Numbered from the stretch's first letter, positions 46,134-55,909 are shown. The stretch is 64,000 nt of DNA from Candidatus Omnitrophota bacterium (GCA_043814315.1 JBDRKE010000024.1:4680-68679), one strand, 5' to 3'. Numbers and translations are program-made. Notes: generated by a model not told the origin, from the sequence alone.

Positions 46134-47822
46134 TCACTTAAAGAATATGTCTTTGACTTCTAAAAGAACTGAACTGTTGCCCGCCCAACTATCCATTCGG
46201 GCCGTATAGACCAGATCAAATCTTTCTGTTTCTAAGAGGCTCTCCTTCAGAGAACCCATGCCGAATCCGATCGCCTGATAGGTGGTTTGGCCGTCTGTGA
46301 CCCAGAATTTCAGCGTTTCTCTGCTTAAAACCTGCGGCTGGCCCTTCCTTCTTAAATTTCTTGAAAAAAACAAAGGTTCGGGGTTTCCTGCGCCGAAAGG
46401 CTCAAGGCTATCGAACTCGGCAACGCTCTCTTCATCCAGGTCCGAAAGGGTCAACTCCATATCGATATCGAGGCTAGGCAACAGGTCTTCGATGGATAGT
46501 CGTTCTCTGGCTAACTCGTTGATGCTGCGTTTAAAATCTTCTATGCTATCTTTAGCGATCACCAGGCCTGCGGCGTGGCTGTGCCCGCCAAAGCTATTTA
46601 AAAACTTCTTACACTCAACCAGTGCCTGGAAAAGATGAAAATTCTTTATAGAGCGGGCTGAACCCTTACATAATTTTTCGTCCAATGAGATGACGATGGC
46701 CGGCCTGTAAAATCTATCCGCCAGTTTAGAGGCCACGATACCTAAAACACCCTGGTGCCAACCCTCCTTAGCAATAACGATAATTTTATGCTCCTTAAAA
46801 TTAATCTCTTTATTAATCAAGTCCTGAGCCTCTTCCATGATCCTACCTTCTATTCTCTGCCGCTGCCGATTATGGCCTTCTATGACTTTAGCGTACCTTT
46901 GAGCCTCTTCCCGTGTCTGGCTCATTAATAAATTGAGAGAAGTTTCTGCGGTATCCATACGTCCGCTGGCATTGATACGGGGGCCGAGTATAAAACTGAC
47001 CGATGTTGAGGTGAACTTACGGCCGCTGATTCCGGCGTTTTCTATAAGAGCCCGCAGGCCTTCTCTTTTTGTTTGCGATAACCGCCGTAAGCCTTCTTTA
47101 GCAATGATACGATTTTCACCCGTCAGCGGCACACTGTCGGCAATAGTCCCTAATGAAACTAAATCCAAATCCTCTGTCAGGGAGGAATCCCTTAAAGCCT
47201 GGCATAGCTTGTAAGCTACGCCCACCCCTGCCAAATCCCTGAATTTATAACCGCTTGTTTTAAGCTTAGGATTCAGGATACTCAAAGCCACCGGCAGCGT
47301 TTCGTCTACCGATTCATGATGGTCGGTGATGATCACGTCTATATGGTGGCGCTTCAACTCCTTTATCTCTTTGTGATTGCTCGTCCCGCAATCAACCGTG
47401 ATCAAGAGCCTGACTTTATTTTCCAGGACATACTTAAGAGTATTTTTGTTCAGGCCATACCCTTCATTAATGCGATGCGGCAGGTAATGGAGTGCGGGTA
47501 TGCCCATTTTTTTAAGCGTATCCTTTAAAAGGCTCAAAGCGGTTATTCCGTCCACATCATAATCCCCAAAAACCATGACTTTTTCTTTATTCCTGGCTGC
47601 CTCCTTGACCCGACTTACGGCCCTGGGCATATCAGCGAAGAAATAGGGATCCAGGAGATGTTCGGATTTCACATTCAGGAACTTTTCCGCTTCCTGGGGT
47701 GTGCCTATTCCCCGATTAATCAATACCTGGGCCAGTATTTCCGATATGCCTAATTCCTTACTGAATTTATTACGAAGGCTAACAGAGGAAGTTGCAATCT
47801 TTAAGATTTTGTGGCTGGGCAT
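46134..47822 (-). CDS. recJ: single-stranded-DNA-specific exonuclease RecJ
   Basis: 562 aa with DHH (DYDVDG, DHH) and DHHA1 (GGHSHAAG) motifs. Confidence 0.9.
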   Translation of the reverse strand: MPSHKILKIATSSVSLRNKFSKELGISEILAQVLINRGIGTPQEAEKFLNVKSEHLLDPYFFADMPRAVSRVKEAARNKEKVMVFGDYDVDGITALSLLKDTLKKMGIPALHYLPHRINEGYGLNKNTLKYVLENKVRLLITVDCGTSNHKEIKELKRHHIDVIITDHHESVDETLPVALSILNPKLKTSGYKFRDLAGVGVAYKLCQALRDSSLTEDLDLVSLGTIADSVPLTGENRIIAKEGLRRLSQTKREGLRALIENAGISGRKFTSTSVSFILGPRINASGRMDTAETSLNLLMSQTREEAQRYAKVIEGHNRQRQRIEGRIMEEAQDLINKEINFKEHKIIVIAKEGWHQGVLGIVASKLADRFYRPAIVISLDEKLCKGSARSIKNFHLFQALVECKKFLNSFGGHSHAAGLVIAKDSIEDFKRSINELARERLSIEDLLPSLDIDMELTLSDLDEESVAEFDSLEPFGAGNPEPLFFSRNLRRKGQPQVLSRETLKFWVTDGQTTYQAIGFGMGSLKESLLETERFDLVYTARMDSWAGNSSVLLEVKDIFFK

Positions 47823-47825
47823 TTT

Positions 47826-49463
47826 TCACATCTTCTCTGGTCTTGAAATACCCAGGAGCTTGAGCCCCTGGGCAGTAACGATCCGGGTGGCTTCGATGAG
47901 AGAAAGCCTGGCTTTTGTCAGCTCCTCTTCCTGGCCCAGAACGCGGTGGAGATCATAAAATTTATGGAAGGTTTCGGAGAGTTCCTGCAGGTAGACGGTC
48001 AGCATATAAGGATCTGTGGTACTCAGACAAATATTCAATATATACGGAAACTGCAACAATTTTTTTATCAGGCTTATTTCTTCTTTTTCCTTAAGGAGAG
48101 ACAATCGTACCTCTTTATCTAATTTGTGAGTGTTTTCTTTAAGAATACTGCGGATTCGGGCATGGGCATACTGAATATAATAAACGGGGTTTTCGGGAGT
48201 GTGTTTCTTGGCTATGTCTAAATCAAAATCCAGAAGACTTGAGGTCCGGCGCATCAGGAAAAAGAACCGGGAGGCATCCACACCCACCTCATCCAGGACA
48301 TCTCTCAGCGTGATGTATTGGCCTTTACGCGTGGACATCTCCAATGATTTTCCTGATTTAAAGATAGAGGCTAATTGCACGATGAGGATAGACAGGCTCT
48401 TCGATTCATGGCCCAGCGCCTGCACAGCGGCTTTTAGCCTATTTATGTAACCGTGATGGTCAGGACCCCACAGATTGATCAGCCAACGAAAGCCGCGAGC
48501 GTATTTTTCCCGATGATAAGCAATATCGGGAGCCAGATACGTGTAAGCTCCGTCGCTCTTGATCACCACCCTGTCTTTATCATCGCCGAATTCCGTAGAC
48601 TTAAACCACAGGGCACCCTCCTGTTCATATAAAAATCCCTTTTTCTTTAAGAAATCCAGCGCCTTATCAATCTTACCGCTCGTCCTCAGATCCTTTTGAG
48701 AATACCAATAATCAAACTTGACCCCGAACTCGCTCAACTCTTTTTTAATAATATCTAATATATACCCTGCCGCAAACTCTCCTAAGCTTTGAGCTTTGAG
48801 CTTTGAGCTTTGAGCTTTCCTGGCTATGTCGTAAATATAATCTCCCTGGTAATAGTTTTCAGGAAAATCGATTTTTTCACCGTCTGATTCCTTGAGCCTT
48901 AACTCAACGGATTTCCCCAAGATATCAATCTGATTACCTTCGTCATTCAAGTAATATTCCCTTTTGACCTTAAAATTTAAGAAATCTAAGATGTTGGCCA
49001 AGCAATCTCCTACGGCTGCCTGCCGGGCGTGGGCTACCGATAAAGGACCCGTAGGATTGGCGCTTACAAACTCAATCAAGACGGGCCGACCCTTACCGAG
49101 GTTAATTTTTAAAGCACCGATTCCCTTTATCACTAAATCCTTTAACTGCTCATAAAAATAATCGTCGTTTAAATAGAAATTGATAAACCCTCCTCCCTCA
49201 ACTTTAACGTGACTCACCATATCCCAAGCAGGGCTTCTTTCCAATTGTTTTTTTATGGAATCAGCGAGAATCTGGGCTATTTCCGGGGGGGGTTTTCGAA
49301 CCTTCTTTTTTAAACGAAGGGCAATGCTGGTAGATAAATCGCCGAAACGCGGATCCGTGGGAAAATCGAGGTTTATATCCTCAGGAGTATCTTTATCTAA
49401 TCCAAACTCCTTCAAGGCTTCACCAATAATTTCTATCAATACGTCCTGAATATTCTGTTTCAT
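47826..49463 (-). CDS. argS: arginine--tRNA ligase
   Basis: Class I aaRS with SANPTGPLSVAHAR (HIGH-like) and MSTRKG (KMSKS-like). I prefer the ATG at 49463; the ORF-track TTG at 49475 is possible. Confidence 0.93.
   Translation of the reverse strand: MKQNIQDVLIEIIGEALKEFGLDKDTPEDINLDFPTDPRFGDLSTSIALRLKKKVRKPPPEIAQILADSIKKQLERSPAWDMVSHVKVEGGGFINFYLNDDYFYEQLKDLVIKGIGALKINLGKGRPVLIEFVSANPTGPLSVAHARQAAVGDCLANILDFLNFKVKREYYLNDEGNQIDILGKSVELRLKESDGEKIDFPENYYQGDYIYDIARKAQSSKLKAQSLGEFAAGYILDIIKKELSEFGVKFDYWYSQKDLRTSGKIDKALDFLKKKGFLYEQEGALWFKSTEFGDDKDRVVIKSDGAYTYLAPDIAYHREKYARGFRWLINLWGPDHHGYINRLKAAVQALGHESKSLSILIVQLASIFKSGKSLEMSTRKGQYITLRDVLDEVGVDASRFFFLMRRTSSLLDFDLDIAKKHTPENPVYYIQYAHARIRSILKENTHKLDKEVRLSLLKEKEEISLIKKLLQFPYILNICLSTTDPYMLTVYLQELSETFHKFYDLHRVLGQEEELTKARLSLIEATRIVTAQGLKLLGISRPEKM
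48786..48818. repeat. heptanucleotide tandem repeat (gctttga x4.7) inside argS
   Basis: It is read directly from the sequence and encodes AQSSKLKAQSL on the minus strand. Confidence 0.9.
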
Positions 49464-49538
49464 TGTGGTTTTCAAACGGAAGGAGTGTTTCCAGGAGGAA
49501 TCCTTAAGGATCTTAAGGTCGAACCGATCTCTTGCCCC

Positions 49539-49910
49539 CTAGAGCTTTCGGGGAATCCGTACCCTTTTGGCGTCCGACCATAGGCGCTCCAAAGAATAAA
49601 ACTCTCTCAACGGTTTATAAAAGATATGGACGACAACGCTGATATAATCCAACACCACCCAACCCGATTCATCGTTAGGTGACACCTTTGAGAGAGATTC
49701 TATTCTGTCTTTATCTAAACTAACCTCAATAGCCTGCGCCACAGCATTAACGTGCCTCAGGGACGTTCCGCTTAAAATAACAAAATAATCACAAAAGCTG
49801 CAAGCCTCGCGCATATCCAAGACAAGTATCTTCTGCGCTTTCTTTTCTCTGGCTTCAGCTACGATGCGAAATGCTATTTTCTTAGGCTCTATTAGTAATT
49901 TACCTCCCAA
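49539..49910 (-). CDS. rsfS: ribosome silencing factor RsfS
   Basis: 123 aa with a DYFVI..G.S.RH...A and WVVLDY..VVVHIF pattern. Confidence 0.85.
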   Translation of the reverse strand: MGGKLLIEPKKIAFRIVAEAREKKAQKILVLDMREACSFCDYFVILSGTSLRHVNAVAQAIEVSLDKDRIESLSKVSPNDESGWVVLDYISVVVHIFYKPLREFYSLERLWSDAKRVRIPRKL

Positions 49911-49965
49911 CGCTAAAACGGAAAGAGAAGTTTTTGCGTTCTTGCGGATTTTGCGCTTTTTAAGG

Positions 49966-50115
49966 TTATTTCTTTCCTAAAATCCTGTACATACCCGTAC
50001 CACAATCAGGGCATTTACCTTTAACGGCTAAACGCTGATTTTTCATGGTCACTTTTTGCTCATCCTTAATTTCCTTTTTAGCTTTACATTTTACGCAATA
50101 ACCTGTTTCTGCCAT
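49966..50115 (-). CDS. small zinc-ribbon protein (DUF5679-like, 49 aa), not in the ORF track
   Basis: My translation is MAETGYCVKCKAKKEIKDEQKVTMKNQRLAVKGKCPDCGTGMYRILGKK, preceded by the SD gaggagg. Confidence 0.6.
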   Translation of the reverse strand: MAETGYCVKCKAKKEIKDEQKVTMKNQRLAVKGKCPDCGTGMYRILGKK

Positions 50116-50159
50116 TACCCCTCCTCTTTTTGTCAACCGAGTTCTTAAATACTTTTATA

Positions 50160-50188
50160 ATCTTATCACAGGTTCATTTGTATGTCAA
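50160..50188 (-). promoter_or_regulatory. candidate sigma70 promoter for the zinc-ribbon gene
   Basis: The minus strand reads TTGACA-17 nt-TAAGAT. Confidence 0.45.
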
Positions 50189-50214
50189 CATATTCATCGG
50201 GCCCCTAGCCTTAA

Positions 50215-51240
50215 TTAATTCTTTTTTCTAAGGGTATGGTTAACATGCTTCTCTTCGATCTCACCCACAATCTCTTCAAGCAAATCTTCCAAAGTGACCA
50301 GCCCCAAGGTATTTTTATTCTCATCCACCACAATCGCAATCTGGATTTTGTCCTTTTGAAAGTCCACCAGAAGCTCATTCACGCGCATAGCAGGGCTTAC
50401 ATAACGAGGATCGCGCACCAGGTCCTTTATCAGAAAGAAACCCTTGTCTCTAAGCAGATAAAGCAGGTCGCTGGCATAGATAATCCCTACGATTCTTTCA
50501 ACGGACCCCTCATACACCGGCAGCCTCGCATGACCCTGCTCAACAAAAATATTCAACAGCTCTTCAGGGCTAACTTCAAAATTAACAGCGACAATCTTAT
50601 CTTTAGGTATCATCACTTCTTTCAATTGGGTATCCCCGAATTCGAAAATACGATACAGCATCTTCCGTTCCTGATCGCTTAAAACCCCTTCTTCTTTGCC
50701 AATCTCAATCATCAGCTTTAATTCTTCCTCGGTTATCAAAGGAGACCTCTTAGAAGGAGATATCTTGAATATTTTCAAGATAAGGCTACTTACCCCTACA
50801 AAAATACTAACGATGGGGTGAAAAATCCTGAGGAAGACCTCCATAAAAGGAGCTGTAAACAAAGCCATTTTCTCCGTCAGTTTGATGGCTAAGATCTTAG
50901 GGGTTATTTCACAAAAAATCAGGATAAACAGAGCGGTAACAAACGTGGCGACGATAATCCCCCAACGATAGCCGAGGAAGCTAACGAAGATACCCGTCAC
51001 AATGGCGGAGATGGCGATATTGACGAAATTATTACCCACCAGAATCCCCACGATAAGCTTATCTAGATTGGCCCCCAGGTGCTGGATGTGCTTGGCGCCC
51101 TTGATACCCTTGGCTACCATATGACGCAGCTTTATTTTGCTTAATTTGATCGTGGATGTTTCCGATGCGGAAAAGAAAAAAGACACAAGCAGCAGAAAGA
51201 ACAATAACAGGATGATGGGGATGTTTAATACGGAATCCAT
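50215..51240 (-). CDS. CNNM/DUF21 + CBS-pair membrane protein (hemolysin/CorC-type transporter family)
   Basis: 341 aa with four N-terminal TMs followed by tandem CBS domains. Confidence 0.8.
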   Translation of the reverse strand: MDSVLNIPIILLLFFLLLVSFFFSASETSTIKLSKIKLRHMVAKGIKGAKHIQHLGANLDKLIVGILVGNNFVNIAISAIVTGIFVSFLGYRWGIIVATFVTALFILIFCEITPKILAIKLTEKMALFTAPFMEVFLRIFHPIVSIFVGVSSLILKIFKISPSKRSPLITEEELKLMIEIGKEEGVLSDQERKMLYRIFEFGDTQLKEVMIPKDKIVAVNFEVSPEELLNIFVEQGHARLPVYEGSVERIVGIIYASDLLYLLRDKGFFLIKDLVRDPRYVSPAMRVNELLVDFQKDKIQIAIVVDENKNTLGLVTLEDLLEEIVGEIEEKHVNHTLRKKN

Positions 51241-52508
51241 TAATCTATCCGCAGTTCCTTATGAATTTTATTGTGGCTATCCTTCAGAGGGCCAATCAAG
51301 GCCATGTTTAATTTTCTTTCCTGAAAAATAGCTCTTGCCACCAACCGCACATCTTCTCTTTTCACTTTACGGACCTCATCGATTATATCGCCAAGAGAAT
51401 AGGTCCGATCCAGACACATTGTGCATTCACCAATCCAAAGCATATGGTCCAGCGTATCTTCCAAAGCCAGCATGAGCTGTCCTAAGTAAAACTCCTTGGC
51501 CCGTCTGAACTCACCCATGCTGATTAATTCTTTCTTGCAAATCCTTAGTTCCTTTAAGATCAGCCTTGTGGCTTCTTGGACTTTGGAGTTATCTATCCCC
51601 GCATGCACCAGGAAGGCCCCCGTATCCAAATAGCGCTTCACGAGCGTAGCGATTTCATAGGCCAGGCCTCTTTTTTCTCTGATCTCATTAAACAGACGAC
51701 TGGACATATTCGCGCCTAAAACAATATTCAGGATTCCCAAGGCATGCTTTAAGGGATGGCCCCGCTTTAAACTATGAAATCCTAAGGCCATATGGGTTTG
51801 TTCTGTCTCTTTATAAAATATCTTGAGAGACGGTGCTTTTTGGCGCTCTTGAGCCTTTTCAAAACTGTTGAGACTGTCTTCTTCTGCACGAGAAAAAGTC
51901 CTTTGTGCCATGCGAACCAGCTTTTCATGTCTTAAGGAGCCGGCAGCGCTGATAATAATATTGGCCGGCACATAGAATCTGCTCTTGAAAGAACGAATGT
52001 CTTCCTTTTTTATCCGGCTGACAGAATCCACCGTGCCTATAACGGGAGCTCCTAAGGGTTGACCGGGCCAGAGAAGTTCGTCCAATAATTCATAGATATA
52101 GATCTGGGGCTGGTCTTTATACATCTTGATCTCTTCCAGGATCACGGTTCTTTCTTTTTCAATTTCCTGAGCCGGCAAGAGCGGATTTAAAACCATGTCC
52201 GATAAGACATCAAGTGCTATTTCTATATGGCGTGCCGGTATTTTAGCCAGATAACAGGTAACCTCCTCCGAAGTGAACCCATTCAGAGAACCTCCCACGC
52301 CCTCAATAGACTCTTTTATTTTTCGGTAAGAGAATTTTTTGCTCCCTTTGAACAGAAGATGCTCTAAAAAATGGGATATGCCTTTGTTGCGGTCAGATTC
52401 GTATCTGCCTCCGACCTTAATCCAGAGGCCGATAGCAACAGATTGCATTCGAGGCATAGGGTGGCTGACAATCCTTAAACCATTATGTAACAGTGTCTTT
52501 TTATACAT
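51240..52508 (-). CDS. M16-family zinc peptidase (pitrilysin-like)
   Basis: Inverted zinc motif HFLEH in GISHFLEHLLFKG, 422 aa. Confidence 0.8.
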   Translation of the reverse strand: MYKKTLLHNGLRIVSHPMPRMQSVAIGLWIKVGGRYESDRNKGISHFLEHLLFKGSKKFSYRKIKESIEGVGGSLNGFTSEEVTCYLAKIPARHIEIALDVLSDMVLNPLLPAQEIEKERTVILEEIKMYKDQPQIYIYELLDELLWPGQPLGAPVIGTVDSVSRIKKEDIRSFKSRFYVPANIIISAAGSLRHEKLVRMAQRTFSRAEEDSLNSFEKAQERQKAPSLKIFYKETEQTHMALGFHSLKRGHPLKHALGILNIVLGANMSSRLFNEIREKRGLAYEIATLVKRYLDTGAFLVHAGIDNSKVQEATRLILKELRICKKELISMGEFRRAKEFYLGQLMLALEDTLDHMLWIGECTMCLDRTYSLGDIIDEVRKVKREDVRLVARAIFQERKLNMALIGPLKDSHNKIHKELRID

Positions 52509-52510
52509 GG

Positions 52511-53296
52511 TTATGTTTTTAGATAGGAAACGAACCGGCTGACCTTCTGAATGAGATCAGGTCTTGCGATATGCTCTTTTATCTTATGAACAATGGCGCT
52601 TCCTACAATAACACCGTCGGCGATTTTCTGAATTTTTCTGACCTGTTGAGGACTTGATACGCCAAAACCCACACATACGGGCTTGACCGTTAATTTTTTA
52701 ATTTCCCTGACCTTGGCGATAACATCACGAGGCAGTTCTTTCCTCGGCCCGGTAACACCCGTTAAAGAAACGTAATAGATGAACCCCCTGGAGATTTCCG
52801 ATATGAATTTCATTCTTTTGGGCGTGCTCGTGGGTGAAAGAAAATAGATAACGTCCAGTCCTTTCTTTTGGGCGTATCGGGTAAACGATGCCCCTTCTTC
52901 AGGCGTAAGATCAGGCAGAATAAGACCATCCACCCCGCATTGCAGAGCCTGATCAATGAATTTTTTCTCACCAAAACAGAACACAGGATTATAGTATGTC
53001 ATAAGGCACAAAGGCGTATCTATAACCTTTCTCACCTTTTTGACCAAACGCAATATGTCTATAAGGTGCACGTTTTTTTCCAGGGCTTTTTGGGAGGCCT
53101 CCTGAATGATGGGGCCATCTGCCAGAGGATCTGAAAAGGGCACCCCCAGCTCTATAATATCCACGCCCCTTTTAGCGAACTCCAGAATGAGCTTTTCGGT
53201 GGTGGATAAATTCGGGTATCCGGCAGTGATAAAAACAATGAAGGCCTTTTTATTAACCCTTCTTAATTCTTCGAACTTCTTATCAATCCTATTCAT
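52511..53296 (-). CDS. trpA: tryptophan synthase alpha chain
   Basis: 261 aa with the ELGVPFSDPLADGP motif. Confidence 0.95.
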   Translation of the reverse strand: MNRIDKKFEELRRVNKKAFIVFITAGYPNLSTTEKLILEFAKRGVDIIELGVPFSDPLADGPIIQEASQKALEKNVHLIDILRLVKKVRKVIDTPLCLMTYYNPVFCFGEKKFIDQALQCGVDGLILPDLTPEEGASFTRYAQKKGLDVIYFLSPTSTPKRMKFISEISRGFIYYVSLTGVTGPRKELPRDVIAKVREIKKLTVKPVCVGFGVSSPQQVRKIQKIADGVIVGSAIVHKIKEHIARPDLIQKVSRFVSYLKT

Positions 53297-53335
53297 GAGA
53301 ATTTAGTTTACGCTCAATTGGTTATTGATAATATT

Positions 53336-53492
53336 AAATGACAAAGCACAAGGTTATCAATAAATTCAAATACCAAAGCACAAAGCACAAATATCAAAAC
53401 AGAGAATTTCTTGTTTTGAATTTTGGGTTTTGCCTGCCTGCCGGCAAGGCAGGGATTTATTTTGAATTTTGAATTTTGTCATTTGTGCTTTA
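53336..53492. repeat. LC-family hairpin (copy R4) with a nested cctgcc palindrome
   Basis: The left arm aaattcaaataccaaagcacaaa is identical to the R5 left arm. The right end atttattttgaattttgaattttgtcatttg is shared with R2. Confidence 0.7.
53432..53454. repeat. GC palindrome, cctgcc family
   Basis: gcctgcctgccggcaaggcaggg lies at the apex region of R4. Confidence 0.7.
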
Positions 53493-53494
53493 AG

Positions 53495-54688
53495 TTAAAG
53501 GCCTAAACGCTGCGCCGCAACATAAGTGTCTTTATCGCCTCTTCCCGAAAGGCAGACAATAATGATAGATTTCTTATTTATTTTGCCTTTTAACTTTTTC
53601 AAATAAAAAATAGCATGCGCCGGCTCAAGGGCAGGGATAATCCCTTCTGTTTCCGAGAGCAGCTTAAAACCTTCCAACGCTTCTTCGTCCTTTACGGCGA
53701 CGTACCGGGCTCTGCCTATTTTCTTATAGTAGGCGTGTTCCGGACCAACGCCTGGATAATCCAGGCCCGGGGCTATAGAGTGCGCATTTTTGATTTGGCC
53801 GAATCTATCCTCTAAAAGGTCGGACTTTGAACCGTGCAAAACCCCCGGCTTTCCCGCAACTAAACTTGCCGAATGCCTACCGGAATGAAGCCCTGCTCCT
53901 GCAGCCTCAACCCCGATCATCCTCACCTTTCTATCATTAAAGAACGGATGGAACAACCCCATGGCATTACTGCCTCCTCCCACGCAAGCCACCAGATAAT
54001 CAGGAAGCCGGTTTTCTTTCTTTAAAATTGCGCCTCTGGCTTCCTTGCCAATCACCGACTGAAAATCGCGCACCATCTCCGGGTAAGGATGGGGCCCTGC
54101 CACAGAACCTATAATATAATGCGTGTGACGCACATGCGTAACCCAATCCCTTAAGGCTTCAGTCATGGCATCCTTGAGTGTCTTTGTTCCGTTTTTAACC
54201 GGGATGACGCGGCTGCCTAATAACTTCATGCGATAAACGTTAAGGCTTTGCCTTTTTATATCTTCCTCACCCATATAAATATCGCACGTTAAACCAAACA
54301 TCGCGGCCACCGCTGCCGTAGCGACGCCGTGCTGGCCCGCTCCGGTCTCTGCGATGATGCGAGACTTTTTCATCCGAAGCGCCAGCAAAACCTGACCCAG
54401 GGTATTGTTGATTTTATGCGCGCCTGTATGCAGCAGGTCTTCCCTTTTCAGATAGACCCTCACCCCGCCTAAGAAACAACTCAAATTCTTCGCAAAATAC
54501 AAAGACGTGGGCCGGCCCGCATACTCTTTAAGATAATAATCCAGCTGACGGTTAAATTTTCTATCCCGCCTGGCTTTTCTGTATTCCTGCTCCAGTTCGT
54601 CAAGGGCATAAATGAGAGTCTCCGGTACAAATCGCCCCCCGAACTCCCCAAAATGCCCAGTCTTATCCGGTAACCTCTTTTTCATCAT
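53495..54688 (-). CDS. trpB: tryptophan synthase beta chain
   Basis: [13 protein letters not shown] and HTGAHKINN motifs. I place the start at ATG 54688 with the SD gaggag; the ORF-track GTG at 54772 is an extension. Confidence 0.95.
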   Translation of the reverse strand: MMKKRLPDKTGHFGEFGGRFVPETLIYALDELEQEYRKARRDRKFNRQLDYYLKEYAGRPTSLYFAKNLSCFLGGVRVYLKREDLLHTGAHKINNTLGQVLLALRMKKSRIIAETGAGQHGVATAAVAAMFGLTCDIYMGEEDIKRQSLNVYRMKLLGSRVIPVKNGTKTLKDAMTEALRDWVTHVRHTHYIIGSVAGPHPYPEMVRDFQSVIGKEARGAILKKENRLPDYLVACVGGGSNAMGLFHPFFNDRKVRMIGVEAAGAGLHSGRHSASLVAGKPGVLHGSKSDLLEDRFGQIKNAHSIAPGLDYPGVGPEHAYYKKIGRARYVAVKDEEALEGFKLLSETEGIIPALEPAHAIFYLKKLKGKINKKSIIIVCLSGRGDKDTYVAAQRLGL

Positions 54689-54834
54689 AAATAACTCCTC
54701 TATTCTTAGCGGCCTGCCTAGTCTGTGCTTTCGCGGGGACGTTCGTTTTGCCCCTGCGAGGCAAAACTTCACTCGTCTCGGCTGCGTCGTCTTTTCCCAT
54801 GCTCAAAGTAAAGATAGGGAAAGGATGCCCGCTC

Positions 54835-54854
54835 CCTGCCTGCCGGCAGGCAGG
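54835..54854. repeat. GC palindrome, cctgcc family (perfect 20-mer)
   Basis: cctgcctgccggcaggcagg. Confidence 0.75.
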
Positions 54855-54926
54855 CTTGCCTCCACGCCCCGCTCAATCACAGCCAAGCCATCCCGCTAAA
54901 AAATTACCTAATCGATGACTTTATTA

Positions 54927-55163
54927 AATAATGACTCTGCCATTTTCGAGCGAATGGAGATTTTAGCAAGAGGAGCTTGAGCATTTGAGGGAATCCCAGT
55001 GGAGCGCTAGCGACAACACTGGGACGGCTGCGGGTGTTTGAGCGACGAGGCAAAGGCCGAGGAGCGAGTTACGCAGACGCCGAAAATGCGAAAGAACTCT
55101 TGCGTCCCCCGCCGCTGGCGGGGGAAAAGCGACCTGAGCGAGAAAATCGGCAGAGGCATTATT
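54927..55163. repeat. ~237-nt structured domain closed by a ~24-bp stem, in the trpF-trpB spacer
   Basis: The closing arms are aataatgactctgccattttcgagcg and gcgagaaaatcggcagaggcattatt. Internal hairpins include cccagtg/cactggg and cccccgcc/ggcggggg. Confidence 0.6.
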
Positions 55164-55189
55164 AAAAATTTTCTTAAATCTATAAAGAG

Positions 55190-55804
55190 CTAAGCCTTGG
55201 CGGCCTTGATAAAGGCGCGGACCTTCTGATGATCCTTTTTGCCGGGCTTTGATTCGACAAAACTGGAGACATCCACCCAGTCCGGCCGCACAATTCCTAT
55301 CGCCTCCTTCACATTCTTGCTGCTTAACCCGCCGGACAGAAATATTGGCTGCCTTGTCTTACCTGAGGGCTTTAATAAATTCCAATTGAAGGACCTGCCT
55401 GTGCCACCTACGCGCTCCCTGACAAACGCATCAAACAGATATCCAAAGGTCTTATATTTCTTTACCTTGCTAAAATCTATCTTCTTCTTCACCCGAAATG
55501 CCTTGATAACCTTATAACCTTTGAACTTCAAGCAGAATTCAGGAGTCTCATCACCGTGAAACTGTAGTATATCAAGATCACAGGAGTTCGCAATATTTTT
55601 TATTGTTTTCTCTTCTGCATCCACAAACACGCCGACTTTCTTGATATTCTTAGCAAGGGTCTTGATTATTTTTTTGGCGGCTTCGGGCCTGATAAAACGC
55701 TTACTTTTCCTGTAGAATATGAATCCTAAGGCATCGCAACCCGCTGCCTGAGCGGCTGAGGCATCCTCTTGATTGGTAATCCCGCAAATCTTAACCTTAA
55801 TCAT
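55190..55804 (-). CDS. trpF: phosphoribosylanthranilate isomerase
   Basis: Starts MIKVKICGIT. The start is ATG 55804; ATG 55816 is also possible. Confidence 0.9.
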   Translation of the reverse strand: MIKVKICGITNQEDASAAQAAGCDALGFIFYRKSKRFIRPEAAKKIIKTLAKNIKKVGVFVDAEEKTIKNIANSCDLDILQFHGDETPEFCLKFKGYKVIKAFRVKKKIDFSKVKKYKTFGYLFDAFVRERVGGTGRSFNWNLLKPSGKTRQPIFLSGGLSSKNVKEAIGIVRPDWVDVSSFVESKPGKKDHQKVRAFIKAAKA

Positions 55805-55818
55805 ACAAAAAACCATAA

Positions 55819-55907
55819 GCGAGGGGTGACGCGGAAGAAAGGCTTCGCCGTTGCGAGGACATACCTGCCCGCAGGAATGGGGAAACTTCCGCGGCAGGAC
55901 CCCGAGC
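55819..55907. repeat. nested hairpin filling the trpC-trpF spacer
   Basis: The outer stem is gcgagggg/ccccgagc and the inner stem is cgcggaag/cttccgcg. Confidence 0.6.
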
Positions 55908-55909
55908 CA

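Noticed and set aside
54877-54891. A mini-ORF ATG GCT TGG CTG TGA (MAWL) on the sense strand, considered as a possible trp leader peptide.
   Set aside because: It has a single Trp codon, no SD and no associated attenuator terminator. It also lies inside the operon rather than at its 5' end.
54946-55012. A run of GAG/TAG triplets on the plus strand (cGAGcgaatgGAGatttTAGcaaGAGGAGcttGAGcatttGAG...) in the trp spacer, reminiscent of a TRAP binding site.
   Set aside because: The triplets are on the strand antisense to the trp genes and the spacing is irregular (0-12 nt). No mtrB-like gene or terminator/antiterminator is visible.
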